Shown here piece by piece: positions 60,025-64,000 of a stretch of DNA of 64,000 nucleotides. The stretch is from an uncultured Flavobacteriaceae bacterium (GTDB lineage Bacteria > Bacteroidota > Bacteroidia > Flavobacteriales > Flavobacteriaceae). Location of the stretch: positions 344,778 to 408,777 of the forward strand of contig CANMSI010000004.1 of the NCBI GenBank assembly GCA_947500575.1. Direction: 5' to 3'. The notes under the pieces were generated by a model. That model was not told the origin of the DNA. It saw only the letters and a program-made list of their open reading frames with translations, and made no database searches. The position numbers were made by a program, and so were the translations under genes. Numbering within the stretch: position 1 is the stretch's first letter; each line of letters begins with the position of its first letter.

Positions 60025-61524
60025 ATGAAAAAAGTACTTCTTGTCACTTTCGTATTATTTAGTTTTTCCCTTTTTTCACAAGACAATGTCCAAGTAAAAT
60101 CGCAAGTAGCACATGCGATTAATGAAATGCGCGAGTTCATTGCCATTCCAAACGATGCCTTGGAACATGCAGATATCAATAGAAACTTAACTTGGCTTAC
60201 CAAAAAATTTAACGAACGAGGTTTTAATTCATCTGTCTTACCTACGGAAGGTGAATCTTTATTTTTTGCTGCCATGCCAATGGAAGACAATAAGCCAACT
60301 GTATTATTTTATATGCATTTTGATGGGCAAGCCGTAGATCCATCCAAATGGGATCAACCAGATCCCTACAAAGTAGTTTTAAAAGTGCCTGATGGAGATG
60401 GTTTTAAGACAGAGTCCTTTGATAAACTGAGTGATGATATAAACTATGATTGGCGCCTATTTGGAAGATCTACCTCAGATGATAAAGGGCCCATTGTAAT
60501 GTTCTTGAACGCCATAGATCTTCTGAAAAAGAATAAGGAAACCATTCCTTTTAATATTAAAGTAATTCTGGATAGCGAAGAAGAAAAGAGCAGTAAGCCT
60601 TTACCAAAAGCCGTGAAAGAATACCGAGAATTGCTCAAATCAGATTTTTTAGTAATCACGGACGGCCCTGTACATAGTTCCGGAAAGCCCACAGTTGTAT
60701 ATGGATGCAGAGGAATTACCACCTTATCTTTAACTACCTATGGACCTATAAAACCACAACATAGCGGCCATTATGGAAATTATGCACCGAATCCAGGTTT
60801 TCAATTAGCTCAAATATTGGCGAGTATGAAAGACGTCAATGGAAAAGTAGTAATTGATGGGTATTACGATGGTATAACCATTGACGAACCCACAATGGCT
60901 ATTTTAAAGAGTGTTCCGGATGATGCCTCTATTATTAACGCACACCTTGCTATAAAATCGCCTGATGAAGTGGGTGCCTTTTATCAAGAATCGCTTCAAT
61001 ACCCTTCCTTAAATATTCGAGGCTTAGGTTCTGGATGGGTGGGTAATAAAGCCAGAACTATAGTTCCAGAAAGTGCTACCGCTGAAATAGATATTCGATT
61101 GGTTCCAGAATCAGATGGCACACGTTTAAAAGGTCTTGTAAAAAAGCATATTAAAGCGCAAGGGTATCATATTATGAGCACAACACCTTCCAAAGAAGAC
61201 AGAATGGCACATGATAAAATCATTACCATTACGGAAGGGAGTGTTACAGATGCCTTTCGAACAGATTTGGACAATCCCTATGGCAATTTTCTTGTAAACA
61301 CCATTGCGAGCACTTTTGAAGAAGCTCCTGTACAAATACGAATTATGGGTGGCACAGTACCTATTGCGCCTTTTATTAACGAATTAAAAATTCCTGCCTT
61401 CATAGTACCTATGGTCAACCCAGATAATAATCAACACAGTCCCAATGAAAATTTAAAAATTGGGCAAATTGCCTATGGAATAAAGACCTTTTATGGAATA
61501 TTAAAAACCCCTTATGTAAAATAA
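60025..61524 (+). CDS. M20/M25/M40-family metallopeptidase
   Basis: 499 aa with a signal peptide. It contains YMHFDGQ, GRSTSDDKGP, SEEEKSS and NQHSPNENL. Confidence 0.85.
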   Translation: MKKVLLVTFVLFSFSLFSQDNVQVKSQVAHAINEMREFIAIPNDALEHADINRNLTWLTKKFNERGFNSSVLPTEGESLFFAAMPMEDNKPTVLFYMHFDGQAVDPSKWDQPDPYKVVLKVPDGDGFKTESFDKLSDDINYDWRLFGRSTSDDKGPIVMFLNAIDLLKKNKETIPFNIKVILDSEEEKSSKPLPKAVKEYRELLKSDFLVITDGPVHSSGKPTVVYGCRGITTLSLTTYGPIKPQHSGHYGNYAPNPGFQLAQILASMKDVNGKVVIDGYYDGITIDEPTMAILKSVPDDASIINAHLAIKSPDEVGAFYQESLQYPSLNIRGLGSGWVGNKARTIVPESATAEIDIRLVPESDGTRLKGLVKKHIKAQGYHIMSTTPSKEDRMAHDKIITITEGSVTDAFRTDLDNPYGNFLVNTIASTFEEAPVQIRIMGGTVPIAPFINELKIPAFIVPMVNPDNNQHSPNENLKIGQIAYGIKTFYGILKTPYVK

Positions 61525-61572
61525 TATATACGCTTACTGGCTAATTAAACGTTTCTATATAAAAGTGATCCT

Positions 61573-62532
61573 ATGAAACCAGTACTGTGTGTACTTATCT
61601 TTTTATTTTCCACTTCTCTAGTATCTCAACAGCTCCAAATCTTAGATAGCCTAAGTACTGAGGTAATACCCTATTGTACCATTTCCTTTGGAAACGGGCT
61701 AGGTACTTTTGCAGATGAAGAAGGGAAATTTAGTTTTTCTAAGGAACGATATAGCGACGTGGATACCCTCTTTATTTCTGCAATGGGGTATGCAGAGAAA
61801 GCTATTTTGACCACCCAACTACCTCCAAAAATATATTTACGGCCAGAGGTTTCTCAATTAAGTGAAGTAGTACTTTCTGCTCCCAAGCGAGGGAAATTTA
61901 AAATTAAAAAAACAAAAGCCACTACCCATACCGACCTTTTTACTTCTTGGTTGCCCACCGTAGAAAGTGAAGTTGCTGTTTTTTTTGAACCTAAAGAGGG
62001 GAAATCAACACAAATTTCCAAATTACTCCTCCCCATCAATGCTGAAGCGAAATACAAATCTAAAGGAAAAGGAAAGTATGCCACCATTTTTCGCATCCAG
62101 TTTTATGAACATAAAGACGGACTTCCTGCAACGGCTATCCCTCATGAAAAAATAGTATTCGCTATTAACGAAAAGGAAGATAAAATTTTTGAATTGGATA
62201 TTGAATCCAAAAGTATTTTTATTCCCAAAGAAGGTATCTTTGCATCCTTGCAAGTTTTGGGGTATGCAGATGCACAAGGGCGTCTAAAAGCATCTAAAAA
62301 ATATAGAGAAGTAAAGACCTCAAGAGGAATTCAAAAAATAGCAACTTCATTTAGACCCTTATTACCCTTCTCCAACAAATTAGGGACGCAAAACACCTAT
62401 GTAAGACGCATATTTTTTAATGATAAAAAATGGCAGGTATTTGATATATCTTATAACAAAAACTCAAAACTAATTCAGTCAGGATATCGGAATTATGGCA
62501 TGGGAGCTATTTTTAAGGTATATCAAGATTAA
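61573..62532 (+). CDS. Hypothetical secreted protein with N-terminal carboxypeptidase-regulatory-like domain
   Basis: 319 aa with a signal peptide. The N-terminus reads ILDSLSTEVIPYCTISF..GTFADEEGKFSF. Confidence 0.5.
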   Translation: MKPVLCVLIFLFSTSLVSQQLQILDSLSTEVIPYCTISFGNGLGTFADEEGKFSFSKERYSDVDTLFISAMGYAEKAILTTQLPPKIYLRPEVSQLSEVVLSAPKRGKFKIKKTKATTHTDLFTSWLPTVESEVAVFFEPKEGKSTQISKLLLPINAEAKYKSKGKGKYATIFRIQFYEHKDGLPATAIPHEKIVFAINEKEDKIFELDIESKSIFIPKEGIFASLQVLGYADAQGRLKASKKYREVKTSRGIQKIATSFRPLLPFSNKLGTQNTYVRRIFFNDKKWQVFDISYNKNSKLIQSGYRNYGMGAIFKVYQD

Positions 62533-62631
62533 AATAGGTTCCCTAACGCAAAGCAGTACTTTACGCATTTATGGTTTTTCTTGTACTTTAGATGCCCTAG
62601 GTTTGTGTTCAATTGTAAGATATAAACACTC

Positions 62632-63075
62632 ATGAAGCAAAAAATTGGAATACTCATTACACTACTATTTCTTATATGGCATAGTGGTTTGGCTCAAACA
62701 AATGGATCTACTACCGCACAAAAAAAAGACCCTACCCACATTCCTATGGTAGATCAATTGCAGCATGGGAAGCAATTTACTATTGCCATTAGTTCCAATG
62801 GTAGTTTTCATCAAAGCCGTGAGGTCATGACCATTTCCATGAATAAAAGTGAGTATTTTGCTATTCTCGGAGACACTAAGAAAAAACTCAACCAAGAACA
62901 TATAAAGGCATTGCGACGCTTTGAAAAAGAATTACAAAGTGCAAAAGGCGGAGGGTGCACTACCCTTGATCAGTATACCCTTACTTATGGAAATCTCGTA
63001 GCCAAACATACCGATGGTAGCTGTGCTTGGAACGGAGGAAGGAAATTAAAAGATCATTTGTTCCCAGAATTATAA
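62632..63075 (+). CDS. Hypothetical secreted protein
   Basis: 147 aa with a signal peptide (ILITLLFLIWHSGLAQ). I recognise no family. Confidence 0.5.
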   Translation: MKQKIGILITLLFLIWHSGLAQTNGSTTAQKKDPTHIPMVDQLQHGKQFTIAISSNGSFHQSREVMTISMNKSEYFAILGDTKKKLNQEHIKALRRFEKELQSAKGGGCTTLDQYTLTYGNLVAKHTDGSCAWNGGRKLKDHLFPEL

Positions 63076-63738
63076 AAAATGCTCTTTGTATTGCAAGACT
63101 CTAAAATCGAAGGTGGTAAAATTCGGATTCCGATCTTTCATTTCTTTATAAGCCTGTAAACTTCCAATAGCCCTATTTGCAGCCCCAGAAGGAGCAGTTA
63201 GGGATACCGTTTTAATCTTTCGTATGGGAGAAGTATTTGGTAATTCTACTTCATGGATCCGTGGTACCACATCAGAAATTACCTTATAAGACAAGTCGTA
63301 TTCCTTTAGGTGTTTTCTAAAAAAATACTCGGGGCCATTTTTACTATTACCACCCATAAACAATAAAGTGTCTACCTTAGGATACTGCTGCAAATAACCA
63401 ATAAGATTTCTCAATTTTACATTTTGCATTCCCAAATCAGAAGCATCTATTTTCGCTCTTTCTGCACTAGCAACAATATCGCAAACCCCAATTTTATGTT
63501 TTAGCAGAAAATCCTTGCGTTGATCAGCTGCCGCTTTGGTATTTTCATAGCGTAGTTTTAAGTCAAAAATATGATCTAAAATAGGCCATAATTGTCCATT
63601 TTTACTTCCATAACAAAAATCTACATCTTCCTCTTTTAATTCACGAGATGTAAAGCGAGGAGGTGGCAAAGTGCCAACAATAAGTTTGGTTGCCTCTTTA
63701 AATAAAAAGGGCTCATATGGATGGTAATGAAAAAACAT
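63070..63738 (-). CDS. Possible uracil-DNA glycosylase superfamily protein
   Basis: 222 aa. The pattern LIVGTLPPPRF...FCYGSKNGQLWPIL resembles the G-[ST]-x-P ... N-x-FW motif of UDG-superfamily enzymes. This assignment comes from memory only. Confidence 0.4.
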   Translation of the reverse strand: MFFHYHPYEPFLFKEATKLIVGTLPPPRFTSRELKEEDVDFCYGSKNGQLWPILDHIFDLKLRYENTKAAADQRKDFLLKHKIGVCDIVASAERAKIDASDLGMQNVKLRNLIGYLQQYPKVDTLLFMGGNSKNGPEYFFRKHLKEYDLSYKVISDVVPRIHEVELPNTSPIRKIKTVSLTAPSGAANRAIGSLQAYKEMKDRNPNFTTFDFRVLQYKEHFL

Positions 63739-64000
63739 TAGGCTAAAGTAGCCAATATTTCATGGGCTTTTTTAATAATGACCTTATTCATTCGATAACT
63801 CTGTTTAGACATCCCCTCCCCTTCATCAACTATTTCTTGAAAAATAACTTTAGCCTCCGTTGGTTTCTTATTTCGCATATAAAACTGCCCTAAAACCAAT
63901 CTTTCTTGGTATTTACTATACGGTACATCAAAGCTTTTTAAATAGGTTTCTGCTGCCCCTAATTTATTTGTTTTTTCCAAAGCCAAGCCATACAGGAAAG
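63738..64000 (-). CDS. TPR-like protein, C-terminal part (5-prime end probably outside the window)
   Basis: The listed start at 63986 is a TTG, and the frame stays open upstream to the window edge (..FLYGLALEKTNKLGAAETYL). Its stop overlaps the next start (TAATG). Confidence 0.5.
   Translation of the reverse strand, partial: FLYGLALEKTNKLGAAETYLKSFDVPYSKYQERLVLGQFYMRNKKPTEAKVIFQEIVDEGEGMSKQSYRMNKVIIKKAHEILATLA

Overview
This is a chromosomal segment from a Bacteroidota genome of Flavobacteriia type. That call rests on the secE-nusG-rplKAJL-rpoBC-DUF3467 block, the tRNA-Thr/Tyr/Gly/Thr-tuf-tRNA-Trp arrangement and the type IX secretion (T9SS) genes. Positions 1-25151 form one minus-strand block of eight genes for very large secreted proteins. 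(a) A collagen-like protein of at least 1978 codons is missing from the ORF track because it runs off the left edge. It carries 346 uninterrupted Gly-X-Y triplets and seven tandem repeats with an exact 255-bp period. (b) Four multidomain adhesin-like proteins (FG-GAP/ASPIC, Calx-beta, beta-helix, C-type lectin, Ig-like modules) all end in the same short basic tail, VITNR(R/K)ITYRVNxx-stop, and show no canonical T9SS C-terminal domain. This tail is the main candidate for something undescribed. (c) A classical T9SS operon encodes a type-B-CTD thrombospondin-repeat protein, PorP/SprF and an OmpA-family protein. A shared AATAxATGTTGTG box precedes each of the five genes outside that operon. The rest of the window is housekeeping: prfC, the rpoBC and ribosomal-protein cluster, tuf with five tRNAs, hpf, a xerC-like gene, rpsU, transport and redox genes, and a MarR-nitroreductase-YceI unit with a perfect 16-bp palindrome. 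A complete trpEGDCFBA operon is preceded by an 18-codon leader peptide with three consecutive Trp codons and a terminator/antiterminator pair. I saw no rRNA, CRISPR array or convincing mobile element. Several ORF-track starts are TTG artefacts and were moved to nearby ATGs. The last printed sequence line has 41 characters; coordinates up to 63960 match the ORF track.
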